In this document: one piece after another, positions 16,357-30,502 of the stretch
Layout: every line of letters begins with the position of its first letter
How positions within the stretch are numbered: the stretch's first letter is position 1
Origin: Eledone cirrhosa
Taxonomy: Eukaryota
NCBI GenBank assembly: GCA_964016885.1
Contig: OZ024742.1
Coordinates: 349,432,001-349,496,000 of the forward strand
DNA length: 64,000 bases
Direction of reading: 5' to 3'
Notes under the pieces: model-generated
Seen by the model: the letters and a program-made list of their open reading frames with translations, nothing else
Told to the model about the DNA's origin: nothing
The model's database searches: none
Translations under genes and position numbers: made by a program

Positions 16357-16528
16357 TAGGAAAATGTTCAAGAATCCAACGGCAGAGCTCAAGCCGTTTC
16401 GACGGCTTTTTCTTGAGCTCTGTCGTCGGGGTCTTGAACATTTTCCTATTACCCATTCTAATACCCTAAGTATTGAGTACTCTGGTGCGTTATGGTCCAC
16501 CTGGTTCCTTACCACACTTCCCTCGTTA
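16357..16528 (+). mobile_element. ~190-bp hairpin-ended, (TA)n-inserted dispersed element, copy 1 (internally deleted hairpin)
   Basis: Shares the tail GTATTGAGTACTCTGGTGCGTTATGGTCCACCTGGTTCCTTACCAC with the other copies; (TA)n on both sides. Confidence 0.85.
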
Positions 16529-16547
16529 TACATACATACATACACAC

Positions 16548-16648
<101 letters not shown>

Positions 16649-17129
16649 ATAATTTTATCATTATCATTATCATCATTATTATCATTAATTATTCCGCCAT
16701 CTTAATTTCTTGCAAGAAATGCCCTGCATGACACCCCAGGACTCTCAACCCACCAGTACTTTAAATGCTAATTTAATGGAATAAGGTAGAGAAATTAATC
16801 AGATGGCGTATCACGTGACAATGACGATTCAAAGAAATTTCCTTTTGTACAACTATTTCCTGTTAAACTAGGCTCAATTAAACCTTCAATATTGTGTTGA
16901 GTTGAGTTGAACCATGAATGTAGTGTCAGCACTTCTATCATGACTCATTGTCTTGGACCTCCGCCACTTTCGACGACCAGAGCTATCCCTAGCAGCTTAA
17001 ATGAATGGAACTGCCTGTTACTGAAATTAACGTGTAAATGACTGAGAATTCCACAGACAAGTGTGCCTTTAACCTACTTCCCAAGGAGATTCAGCATGAC
17101 TTCTTGAATTACAAGTATGATACAACTCA

Positions 17130-17270
17130 ATTTTGCCAGCTGATTGAACTGGAGCTATGTGAAATGATGTATCTTGCTTCCGGACACAACACGCTGCCCC
17201 CTCCGGGAATTGAACTCACAACTTTAGCATCATGAGCCCAGCACTATAACTATTAAACCAATCGGCTTCA
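17130..17270 (-). mobile_element. tRNA-derived SINE fragment (CORE-like domain)
   Basis: CTGGAGC..GTGAAATGA.GT.TCTTGCT...ACAACAC..GAATTGAACTCACAAC recurs at 42090-42210 and partly at 41455-41510. The reverse complement has a B-box-like GAGTTCAATTC. Confidence 0.6.
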
Positions 17271-18477
17271 ATATGTCTCAATGCTGTAGAATTATCTGAG
17301 CCCAGCACTGAATGCTAAGGAAAAACTAGTTAAACATACAATGTACTTTAATAAACGAACGTATCTTCATGACAGATAGATAGATAGAAAGAAGGAAAGA
17401 AAAAGAGAAAAAAAAAAAGAAAGAGAGAAATAAATGAATAAAGAAATAAAGAAAGAAAGAAAAGAAAAACAAAGAAATTAGCTGCTAAACGAAGTGAAAT
17501 ACATATACAAACACTAGATGTAGGAGCACTTGACAGCTAGGTGGACTGAGGTATTGGAAAGGTATGTAATGTGGTCAGACCACTTAACAGCTAGGTGGAC
17601 TGAGGTATGTAGACAATGCAATATCAGTAATATAATCTGTGTCACCAACAACTAAGTCACTGCTTGTTTGTGACCAGGTTAGCATTAGTTTGTAGTATTA
17701 TGGTCATTAACAACGTCCAGCTGTGATAATTTCATCTTTTCCATTAAACATTGTGTTTAACACTACACTCTCTAATATGTTCTTTCATTATTAAGACAGA
17801 AGATTGTGATTTGAGTGATATTTGACTGCTATTTATAGCAAACTCGGCCAGGTTAGATAGATTAGATTTTTATAGCAAATATACTGATTTCATGGAAGAC
17901 AGGTAAAAGAGCTAACGGCCTGTGGTCGCTCGTATTGTCAGAAATATTAACCCAAATCCCCACAAATCGCACCACATTGTCTTAAAGGGAGGACACATTA
18001 GACGATATAGTTGTAGATATATAATATATGTCTGAGAGGCTTGGCTGTGTTTGATCAAATATATGTTTCAACATGGCGGACTTGGGGTGAAAGAAGAAAA
18101 AGAATAATAACAACAACCACATAGAGACATGTTCTATGACAGTGGTTCCCATGGTGACTTTTTCGCGGAACACTTATACAATTTTCCGAAAATCACAGAA
18201 TCAATACCTATATTTTACGGACAATTTCCACCACCCTAATTTTAATAATACAATAAGTGAGTCAATATCTTCATAAATATGCAAACATGGTGGTCCCGTA
18301 ATTCCTGATGGGTCTTAGTGGCGCTGTAGTGGCATACAGAGTTTCTAAGGCATTTAAAGCCTGGTGGAGCCCATCCCTCTCTAGGTGTGAATATAGCAGA
18401 GTTTCTTCCAGAGAAGGATTGAAAGTGAGCAATATAAATAAATAAATAAATAATATATATCTATATATATCTATATA

Positions 18478-18554
<77 letters not shown>

Positions 18555-18575
18555 ATCTATATATATCTATATATA

Positions 18576-18632
<57 letters not shown>

Positions 18633-18685
18633 GTAAGTATGTATGTATACGTACATACATATATGTATACAGACGTACAGTAGCA

Positions 18686-18750
<65 letters not shown>

Positions 18751-19204
18751 GTACACATACATATATGTACGCACCAGTTTAGCGGACGCTTATTATAGCG
18801 CCCGCTTTGTTCGTTTGTAAACAAACTGAACAGCCTGAATTTATGCCGCACGGTGTCCAGGCAACCACGTCAACTTTTTGTTCAACACTGACACAGGAAC
18901 GATGTACTAGTTTCAAGCTTGTTAGCTATCATCAGCACCGTATACCCATCTGCCAGATAGTTGAACGTTCGAAAGTATATACTTTCCTTATGAAAATTAA
19001 CGGCTGAGCAGCCTAATTTGCATATCGAGTGAGTTAAATCGGTCAGGCGCACCGAAAACGATGAGTTGTAATAAAATGAAACTGTACGTCTGTATACATA
19101 TATGTATGTACGTATACATACATACTTACATTTAAATAAGTGCCGTACTAATTGTGAGAAATGAAATTTCGTTTTCATTTTATTACAACTATATATATAT
19201 ATAT

Positions 19205-19600
19205 ATTAGAATTGGTGCTCTGAAATAGCGATGTATATTTGAATGTATATATAGTATACTTGGCAATACACTGTATGCTTAATTAAAAGCATTTTGAAGA
19301 CCTGACGCTATTGTTTAAAGTAGTGACTATGTCACTTACTTCTTTTTTCAAGAAACAAAGGGAGATAAGCTGACAGATCTCTGTTTCATACTCTTGGTAT
19401 TCCTCAGACAAACAAGGGGAGTGCTAAGCTCTGAGGAATACCAAGAGTATGAAACAGAGATCTGACAGCTTATCTCCCTTTGTTTCTTGAAAAAAAGAAG
19501 TAAGTGACATAGTTACTACTTTAAAACAATAGCGTAAGGTCTTCAAAATGCTTTTAATTAAGCATACAGTGTATTACCAAATACACTATATATACATTCA
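19205..19600. mobile_element. (TA)n-flanked foldback element with hammerhead motif (arms ~19240-19408 / 19430-19600)
   Basis: ~170-bp inverted arms with a few substitutions; TA runs at both ends. Confidence 0.9.
19425..19472 (+). ncRNA. Type I hammerhead ribozyme motif (cleavage triplet mutated to GAC in this arm)
   Basis: TAAGCT-CTGAGGA-ATAC caaga GTAT-GAAA-CAGAGATCTG-AC-AGCTTA. The opposite arm retains GTC, and stem I extends (AAACAAGGGGAG / CTCCCTTTGTTT) past a bulge. Confidence 0.8.
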
Positions 19601-20135
19601 TATATATATATATATATATAAGGTAAGTTATTCCGGGTTGAATCGGAAGTAACCACAGTAAGTAAGGTACTCAATACATAGCAGAGTATTAAAGTTTTAA
19701 TATAGATGAGATTCTACAGGACTAGAACTGTTTCATTCTTTAGAAATCATCGGGAATCTATATATTTAAATATATCTAAACGTACCAAGGATCTCACACA
19801 TTTTCCTTTCTTGAAGACAGATATTTATATCTGTCTTCAGTCGTCAGAATGAATAACATGGAATGTTTATTAAATATTAGATTTGAAAACAAAATTTAGA
19901 ACATTTGAAAGTGAGGCTGAAATCAAATAACGGGTAAAAAATTGGAGGGAAAAAATATATAAATAAATATCTAGAACATAAACATACACACACACAAATA
20001 CACGCTTATACGTAATAGTACTTAGACATATACATTCTCACATAAGTGTATTTGCGTCTACATGGAAATACGAACAGACACATATAAACGTGTGATCATT
20101 TGCTCACACACGCGCACACACAGGCGCACACTCAC

Positions 20136-20311
20136 GGAAATGTGGTAAGGAACCAGGTGGACCATAACGCACCAAAGTACTCAATACTTGAGGTAGTAGA
20201 GTGGGTAATAGGAACCAGTAAGACCCCGACAGCTGAGCTCAAGCCGTTTCGACGGCTAATTGAATTAGCCGTCGAAACGGCTTGAGCTCAGCTGTCGGGG
20301 TCTTACTGGTT

Positions 20312-20315
<4 letters not shown>
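20136..20315 (-). mobile_element. ~190-bp hairpin-ended (TA)n element, copy 2
   Basis: Same family tail; near-perfect hairpin at ~20209-20315. Confidence 0.85.
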
Positions 20316-20349
<34 letters not shown>

Positions 20350-20368
20350 TATATATATATATGCATAC

Positions 20369-20415
<47 letters not shown>

Positions 20416-21217
20416 TATATATAAATACACATACATACAAACATACACAAAAGTCTCTATACATACACGCACGTATATATACATACACACATATATACAC
20501 ACACATTTACACATAGATATCTATATATTTATATATGCACATACATATATTAATATGTTCAAGCCATTGGGAAGTATATATATATTCATTTATATGTTAG
20601 GTAATTCCGAAGGAAAAGCAAAGGAAAAAAGAGTGCTCTATGTACAGAACAGAGCTATTTAATTAGAAAGTGAACAACACAAAATATAACTACTCCATTA
20701 CCAAAGGTTTCTGGATCCCAGACAATAATAATATACATCTGGATCGGTCCAGAAAACATATATATATAAACATATATATAAACATATAATAGATAATATT
20801 AAATTTTATTTGAAAAAAAACAACAACATATTTTTCACAGAACTTGGTTCCTTCTGAATCCACTTTTAGAAACACTGCTCTGCGATATTCATCTCGTCTC
20901 GTGACCAGTGCTTAAATAGATACTTGTAAACTACCACAAATAATAAATCATATCTTTGACATGTATACACGTGTAAGGTAAGGTACATCTACTTCGGTAA
21001 TTACATTGAAGTCTATACTTTGTAGAGGACGTCTAATGAAACTGAACTGAATTGGGAGTTATCTCTCTTACATCATTTAAATGATTAGAATAATATTGTT
21101 ATACTTTCGGAGGGTCATGCTGCCAATACAAACACACACACCTGTTGGTATTCACTTCAATTTATTACATATTTCCAGTTGGTTGGTTTAATAACCGGAC
21201 TGTCAAAGTTATTTATT

Positions 21218-21260
21218 GTCAAAGTTCTTTCGTCACTCACTCTGTGACCTCCTCAGTGAC
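21218..21260 (-). ncRNA. Minimal type I hammerhead ribozyme motif
   Basis: Minus strand: GTCA-CTGAGGA-g-GTCAC agagtga GTGAC-GAAA-GAAC-TT-TGAC, followed by AATAAA. One extra nucleotide precedes stem II. Confidence 0.6.
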
Positions 21261-21934
21261 TAATTTGTTATTTTGTGTCTCTCCCAAAGTATAACAATAT
21301 CTGTTTCAACACACGTTTTCAGAGAAGAAATCTTGCTAAAGAAATACAAAACAAAATAATATTAGTCATTGAGGTCATGTTTTTTTCCCCTCAACATCTA
21401 ATCATGTTTTTAATGCTCATTACATTGATTTGTTATTACCAACTTAAAAAGTTAAAGAGATACAAACATCTGTCTAACAATATTTTCCCCTAACCAAATT
21501 CAGTTACATTTTCTTTCTAGTCAGAAAAATACAGTTTTAGAAATTAACTATAAAGAAATGCATCTCAATTTCCGGAGATAACTGACTGTTAGCCTGTCAT
21601 CCCTTCGTTATCATTGTTGTTGTTGTGTAGCCGTAGGTGAATCTAGATCGAAATGACATCTGATTAAAGCCATGTCTAGCTCGGACAATCTCAATGTATC
21701 GATGTCTACATTATATACATTATGTAATAAACTTCTCGAAGTCAAGAAACTTGGCTGCAATTTATTTAAAACATATCTTTTAGTACATCAGCAACCAGCA
21801 TGTCTAATGTAACAATTCATATTTGTTTAAACACCATAATGTATTTGAAGGAACTTCGCTGCGGTATTTTCGGTTGCAAAAGAGAGAAGCTTCTTAACTA
21901 TGGAGAGAATTCGATCATGATTACGATACACAAA

Positions 21935-22612
21935 TTGGCGGTGACTTGACAGAATCGCTAGGGCGTCTGTCAAAATACTTTGAGGAATTTCCTTTGGTTC
22001 TTTACTTTCGGATTTCAAATACCAGCAAGATCAAATGTACCCTTCATTCTTCCGGAACGATAAAATAAAGTACTTGTCATGCACTGGGGTGTTATAATCG
22101 ACTTTTCTCTTTCTCCATATTTGCTGGCATTGTGTCTAAAGTAGAAATAGTTATCAGGATGCCCTATAAGGCAGTGTAATGGTGGAATGGGGAGAGCGCC
22201 AGACAAACTGGTTTGTGGCATTTAGTTACAGCTCTTTACCTTCAGAGTTCGAATCCCGCTGAGGTCAGCTTTACTTTTCATCCTTCAGGGGTCGATAAAA
22301 TAACATATCGATATAATCGATTCCGTCCCCCTCCCCTCTCAAAAATTGCTGGTCTTGTGCCTGAATAAAAAATCATTATTAAGATGTGCAAAAGGGCGGT
22401 GGATTGGCAGTAATCGGTAGAGCGTCGGACACCCTGCTTTGTGGCATAGAGTTACGGCCCTTTATGTTATGAGTTCAATGCCCGCCGAGGTTAGCTTTTC
22501 CTTTCATCGTTACGGAGTTGATAAAATAAAGTACCAGCAATGCACTGGGGTGGATTTAATTGACTTTCATCTCGCCCAAATTGTTGACCTTGTGTCTAAA
22601 TCAGAAACCATT
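21935..22612 (+). mobile_element. Three adjacent diverged tRNA-derived SINE copies (~21935-22105, ~22180-22380, ~22395-22612)
   Basis: Each shows A-box-like TGGCAG.ATCG.TAG, B-box GAGTTC(G/A)A.T and CTTTCATCC..GGGGTCGATAAAATAA.GTACCAG..GCACTGGGG..GAT.TAATCGACTT, in whole or degenerate form. This resembles octopus SINE families. Confidence 0.75.
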
Positions 22613-22994
22613 ATGAAGATGTCGAATGACTGAGGAATGGTTTCTCGAGAAATGGAGTTGTAGAATGTGTGGTTGATGAACATGGAGATATTTGGGATGG
22701 TGACTTATGATCAGTTGAGTTGGTGCTTTCTTGAGATACAGTTACCAGCCTGCCACTTTCTGATCCGTTGACTTGCTGCTTTCTTGAAGAGATACAGTTA
22801 CCAAGCTGCCACGTTCATAGGTTAAAAAGGAAACATATATTTTAGTTGGAAAAGAAAACAACAGATGTGAAATGTATTCTTTTTCTCACATGTTTCCATT
22901 AGTAAAGTAAAACATTCACAATCGAGTCACAGATATATCTACATCACTTAACACTTTTTGTCATATATATATATATATATGTCATATATATATG

Positions 22995-24135
<1,141 letters not shown>

Positions 24136-24464
24136 TATTACACAAATAGAAGTGTGTTACACAGTGAGATGTGTGTAAAGAATTATTACAAGTGATTTTT
24201 ACAGTTACTGTATAGAAAACAATATTTAGAGGTTAAGCAATTAAATAGAAAAAAAACCTACGTCAGAATCAAATCTCTGAAGTAGAGTTTTAAATTACCA
24301 ACCTTATAACTATAAGTTTGCTGATACAAATCAATTTCGTTTCCCCACAGAAATGTGCAGTTTAAAAGTCACAAGTTCGCCAGTCAGCAAATGTGGATTC
24401 TGTTTACTACACATCTAACCTCATGGATAGAGAGAAAGCTAATATACACGCTGCCCAGGGTAGG

Positions 24465-24610
24465 GCGAAGTGGTTACATGGTCTTTTATTTCCGTTATAC
24501 GATCTAGCCCTAGCTAGGATCTCCCAGTGTAACTTATATTGGGTGTGGTTGTCTTTTAGACTCCAGATATAAGCTGAAAGTGACGTCATATTCCTTCTTA
24601 AATGGTAACA
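24465..24610 (-). pseudogene. Penelope-like element GIY-YIG endonuclease C-terminal fragment
   Basis: Translation TSLSAYIWSLKDNHTQYKLHWEILARARSYNGNKRPCN matches my recollection of the PLE pattern TxLSxYIWxLK..xW.IL....Y......C. Confidence 0.65.
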
Positions 24611-25482
24611 TATATATTATTTTTTCTGGTACATATGCTTTTGGTTATGTGTATACGTGAGTTTTGCGTCTGTGTGAGTATGGGGGTTAGTACGTATGTA
24701 GGGTGTGTATATATGTGTACTTTGTGTTTTGGTTGAAGTAGGTCCCGAACATAAGTGTATTTACATGTAGGTATGTGTGTGCGCTTGTTATATACGTATT
24801 TATTTATTTATATACGTTTATTTAAATATATGTATACACACACACACACACATATATATATATATTTTTTTTATATATATATTTTTATGTGTATTTGGTG
24901 TACACAGTCGTATGCGTGCGAGTACAGGCGGTGTGTGGGTTCTGTATGTGCGTGCGGTTTTTTTTTGTGTACGTGCATGTATTTGTATACCTATGGCGCG
25001 TATTTTCGAGTATGCTTGTGATTGTACGTATATGGATGCGTGTATGTATTTATTTAATTTCATTTACCTCTGTATTTTATTTACTTTATTCTTAACTCTG
25101 AAGCCGTGAATCATTCGGTTTCCTAGTTAGAATTTTAGTCTACGACTTCAGTTATACCATTTACGTGGTTTTGTCTTTGCGTGCAATTGTTCTCCCCGCT
25201 CCACATATGACGAATTATCTTCGTTTTTTTCGTTCATTGCCAGAGAACGTCTCTATGAACCACCTAATAGAATATTAGTCTACGACTTCTTTTATACCAT
25301 AAACGTGGTTTTGTCTTTGCGTGTAATTGTTTTTCACTGCTCCAAATAATGACGTATTATATTCGTTTTTTCCCGTTCTTTGCTAGGAACGTTTCCACGA
25401 ACCAAAGTATCGTCTTCCTGTCTTCCTCCGGTTGCAACGTTTTTTGAAATATTCACTTCTCCGTTCACAGATTGATTTTGTT

Positions 25483-25533
25483 AGTTTCAGAAGATCCCGT
25501 TAAGGGTGAAAGCAGAGATTCTTTGCTTAAACT
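25483..25533 (+). ncRNA. Hammerhead motif with one core substitution (CAGAAGA)
   Basis: AGTTT-CAGAAGA-tCCC gttaa GGGt-GAAA-GCAGAG att CTTTGC-TT-AAACT, followed by AATAAA and (TA)n. Confidence 0.6.
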
Positions 25534-25561
25534 TTAATCTGTTATTTTAATAAATATATAT

Positions 25562-25892
25562 ATAGTGAAAGAATGAAGAATAACATGGTCAACAGTACAA
25601 AAAGGGTTTTAATTACAGTATTAACAATTGTTTCATTGATTAAGTTGTCTAAAGATTGCTAATCACTTGAAGTTGTGTCACTGATGTTGTAATTTGAATT
25701 TTCATAGTATATTACAAACGCCGTGTATAATTTTAATCAGTTTCTGATGGTTTGGTTAAGCATACATTGTATTTAAAATTGAGTGTCACAACTTCAAGTG
25801 ATTAGCAATTTTTAGACAACTTAACCAATGAAACAATTACGGAGTATTCACAACCTCTAACTGGATTACCTATAACGATAAATTATTATCCC
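25562..25892. mobile_element. (TA)n-flanked element with ~57-bp inverted arms (~25626-25682 / ~25782-25838)
   Basis: Inverted arms are visible. The minus strand has GAAA-CAATTG-TT, the 3' half of a hammerhead; the 5' core is not recognisable. Confidence 0.65.
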
Positions 25893-25967
25893 ATATATAT
25901 ATATATATTTCTGTCCAGAAATAGCCGTCGAAACGGCTTGAGCTCTGCCGTCGGGGTCATACTTTTT

Positions 25968-26006
<39 letters not shown>

Positions 26007-26051
26007 AAGTAAAATAAAAAGTCAAATGTTTAAAATTTAGCTTCGTTTATT

Positions 26052-26106
26052 ACTGCTATATATATTTCGGTGACAGCCATTTTTGGCTGTGACCTCTTCA
26101 GGCAGT
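26052..26106 (-). ncRNA. Type I hammerhead ribozyme
   Basis: Exact reverse complement of the motif at 27703-27757. Confidence 0.88.
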
Positions 26107-27702
26107 CCGAATTAGTATGGTATAGACAAGTACATATGTTGTTGAGGTGTATAATTTTGTCAATACTCTGATATGCCCAGTTCCTGGTTGGGTTGTTATT
26201 TCACTGAGGAACTGGAATCATATGAATTCAAACAAACGAATTTCAGTGTCAAAGGGCCTCTTCTCTTCTCATTGGTCAGTTGTTAGAACATTCCTCATTC
26301 AAAAGTCTATAGAAATTCGTTCTGAGGCAAGCCAATCTGCAGTTGTGGTTCTTGTTATTGTTAGGTACATCTGACCTCAATTCTTGTGTTGGTAGTGTTG
26401 TTATTGTTGGAGTTAGCTTAAAAAATTGATAAAGTGGTAGAAGGAACAAGGTGGTAAAGGAACAAAATATCAAAAAAATGTCAAACTTCCCATTGGTCAG
26501 TTTTGAGAGCATTCCTCAGTCAGAAGTCTATAGAAATTCTTTCTGGGGTGAGGCTCCCTGTAGTGTTTGTGTTTGCTATTGTTAAGTACATTTGACCTCT
26601 ACCATTATTTCGTTAGTGTTGTTGGTGTTGTGGTCAGCTTATGTCTTGCTGCTGCTGACAATTTAGAAGTATCTGTGTGTGTTTTTTAATTTACTTGATT
26701 TCTGATTTTCAATTTTCAATTTTAAATCTTGATTTCGCTTTATTAATTTGTTATTTGTTTTCTGTTCTCTTCACTGTATCACCTTATATTTATTTTTAAG
26801 TTGAGATTGATTATAACACAAACACATTTTGTTTGATTATCTTATTCTTTTATTATTTTAACATCTTTTGCCTCATACCAATCTATCCAACATATTTCTG
26901 ACCTTGAGATTGGTTATAGCACACACACACTTTATCCTACTTTATTTGAATCTTCATTTTATTTTTCACTTCTCCATATTCATTTTCATTACTTTTTCAC
27001 CAATTTTTCATTTATTCTTTATTCTCTATTTATTATTTATTTTCTGTTTTCTTCATTTATTGCCTTATATTTCTTCATATACATGGAAGAACCCCCCCCC
27101 CCAGGAGATGGTGGCAGGAGGGATGAAAAAACACACACAGATACTTCTAAATTGTCAGCAGCAGCAAGACATAAGCTGACCACAACACCAACAACACTAA
27201 CGAAATAATGGTAGAGGTCAAATGTACTTAACAATAGCAAACGCAAACACTACAGCGAGCCTCAACCCAGAAAGAATTTCTATAGACTTCTGACTGAGGA
27301 ATGCTCTCAAAACTGACCATGGGAAGTTTGACATTTTTTTGTTATTTTGTTCCTTTACCACCTTGTTCCTTTCTACCACTTTATCAATTTTTAAGCTAAC
27401 TCCAACAATAACAACACTACCAACACAAGAATTGAGGTCAGATGTACCTAACAATAACAAGAACCACAACTACAGATTGGCTTGCCTCAGAACGAATTTC
27501 TATAGACTTTTGAATGAGGAATGTTCTAACAACTGACCAATGAGAAGAGAAGAGGCCCTTTGACACTGAAATTCGTTTGTTTGAATTCATATGATTCCAG
27601 TTCCTCAGTGAAATAACCCAACCAGGAACTGGGCATATCAGAGTATTGACAAAATTATACACCTCAACAACATATGTACTTGTCTATACCACACTAATTC
27701 GG

Positions 27703-27757
27703 ACTGCCTGAAGAGGTCACAGCCAAAAATGGCTGTCACCGAAATATATATAGCAGT
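27703..27757 (+). ncRNA. Type I hammerhead ribozyme
   Basis: ACTGC-CTGAAGA-GGTCACAGCC aaaaat GGCTGTCACC-GAAA-TATATA-TA-GCAGT, then AATAAA. All core residues are canonical. Confidence 0.88.
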
Positions 27758-28020
27758 AATAAACGAAGCTAAATTTTAAACATTTGACTTTTTATTTTAC
27801 TTTATTTTACATTACTCCGGAGTAATGTAAAATAAAGTAAACCAACCTGCGCACTTCGTCGAGTGTTCCAGCCTGCATACTGAGGTGTTGGTATACAACC
27901 AACATATACTCAATATATATATATATATATATATTGAAAAATGTGTGAGGTCCTTGGTACAGTTAGGTATATTTCAAAATAAGGAAACGAATGACTTGTC
28001 ATTCTTTTCCTTTTTTTCAA

Positions 28021-28071
<51 letters not shown>

Positions 28072-28074
<3 letters not shown>

Positions 28075-28954
28075 AATGCCAATCATTGTAAGTTTGAATC
28101 TGATATGAAAAAACATATATATAGGAATAAACCAAATCATAGTAGATTAAAATATCACAGAGAGAGAGAGAGGGGGGGGGGGAGAAATGAGGGGCAACAG
28201 AAATGAAACATGGATTACAGGTTAAAATGTAGTCTAGATGGATGAGAAACAAAACGAGGATGCAGCTTATGGAACACCCAAATGATTTAGAAGTCGACCT
28301 TAAGTAGGAGCAAAAACATTAAGAATGACATGAACGACACTACAACACTTTGTTTTCAAAATTTTGAAAGTAGGTTTATAAGTATGAATTTTCATAAGAC
28401 TTTCGTAGCTGTCTCTGTGGCCTAGCGGTAGGTACTAGAGATGGTGGAGGTTCTGGCCTTGGGTTCGATCCTGGTCAAGAGGTGCATGTAATTTTTTCAG
28501 TTTTTATTTTACAACCAATAGAAAAAAACTGAAACGGTTTATTGGGAGCCCTACTCCGGAGCATGACCGAACTTGAGACCAGGATCACCACAGTATATGA
28601 TTCTTCCAACTAGGCCAACGAGACAGCTACGAAGGTATAACGAAAATTGATAATTATAAACCTACTTTCAAAATCAAAGTTAAAAAGATGTGGTGTCGTT
28701 CATGCCTTTCCTAGAGCTAGGATGTAGGGTCGACCTCTGGTCATTATTGAAAGACTGGATTTCGCAAAATACATAATATTTTTTATTGGAAAATGTAAGA
28801 TACTTTTCCGCAAAAATTTGATTGCACTGTTTTGTTTCCACTTATGTATTTTTCGAAAATGTTATTTATTCATTATAAAAATTAAATGATAGCATTCGAT
28901 ATGTAGGTGGGCCCACTTCATCTAGCAACTAATATTTTTAGACCTAGTCCGCCA

Positions 28955-28989
<35 letters not shown>

Positions 28990-29008
28990 GCCAATCATTG
29001 TAAGTTTC

Positions 29009-29093
<85 letters not shown>

Positions 29094-29134
29094 AGAGAGA
29101 GAGAGAGAGAGTGAGAGAGAGAGAGAACGAGAGA

Positions 29135-29191
<57 letters not shown>

Positions 29192-29720
29192 AGAGGGAGA
29201 AATGAGGTGCAACAGAAATGAAACATAGATTACAGGTTAAAATGTAGTCTAGATAGATGAGAAACAAAACGAGGATGTAGTTTATGGAACACCCAAATGA
29301 TTTAGAAGTCGACATTAAGTAGGAGCAATTACAGGAAGAAAAAAATGAACGACACCACAAAACCTTTTTTGAAAATTTTGAAAGTATAATGAAATTGATA
29401 ATTATAAACCTACTTTCAAAATCAATGTTAAAAAGATGTGGTGTCGTTCATGGCTTTCCTAGAGTTATTAGTTATACTTAGGGTCGACCTCTGGTCATTA
29501 TTGAAAGTCTCTGGATTTCGCAAAATACATCATATTTCTCATTGGAAAATGTAAGATATTTTTCTTCAAAAATTTGATTGCACTGTTTTGTTTCCATTGA
29601 TGTATTTTTTGAAAATGTTATTTATTCATTAAAAAATATTAAATAATAGTATTCTCTATGTTGGTGGGGCCCCTTCATCTCCTGACAACTAATATTTTAA
29701 GACCCAGTTCACCACTATGT
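28072..29720. repeat. Diverged tandem duplication of a TA-bounded element (28072-28957 and 28987-29720) with an internal imperfect palindrome
   Basis: Both units start AATGCCAATCATTGTAAGTTT, include an (AG)n tract and end GACC.AGT.C.CCACT. The second unit lacks ~265 bp of the centre. Confidence 0.85.
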
Positions 29721-30070
29721 ATATATATATATAAATATATATTCCTAACTCATAATATTATAATATTATAAAATTAAATCAAACAATTTTTTAACACTAC
29801 AAGTGAAGTCATTCTTTTCCTTTTTTTCATATATATATATATGTTTAATTTTTTATTTTTTATATAATATACACATATATACACATATATTCATTATAAT
29901 ATATATGTGTATATATTACATAGCAAATAATTGTATTATAGGCGCTGTCCACCTTTTTCTCACCACTCGAGGTTTCTAGTAAAAAACCTGCGTTGAAGCT
30001 GTTAATTTAAACTCACATTAAAAATAGATATATAAAATACTTTTATTATGACACACACACATGCGCACAC

Positions 30071-30123
<53 letters not shown>

Positions 30124-30215
30124 CATTATATATTTTTTCCTTTCCCTCACTTCCTATATATTTTACTTCTATTAATGGTCTCTCTCTCTCTCTCCCCATC
30201 TCTCTCTCTCTCTCC

Positions 30216-30298
<83 letters not shown>

Positions 30299-30436
30299 CT
30301 TCTCTCTTCTCTCTCTCTCACTCTCTATACGAAGTATTTTTGTATCATTTGCGCATCAGACACAATCAATCACGTCATTTAGTTATTGTTCTCTATATTC
30401 TGAGTTCAAACCACCCCAAGGTAAACAAATACCAAT

Positions 30437-30495
<59 letters not shown>

Positions 30496-30502
<7 letters not shown>

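Larger units (their letters stand above)
26000..27915. mobile_element. Large (TA)n-flanked foldback element, ~690-bp arms (26000-26688 / ~27126-27809), each with an intact hammerhead
   Basis: Mirror-image ORFs in the track (26147+ vs 27438-); ~440-bp spacer; arms differ by scattered substitutions. Confidence 0.93.

Noticed and set aside
28407-28485. Bona fide tRNA gene
   Set aside because: A and B boxes are present, but I could not form a full cloverleaf; treated as tRNA-derived.
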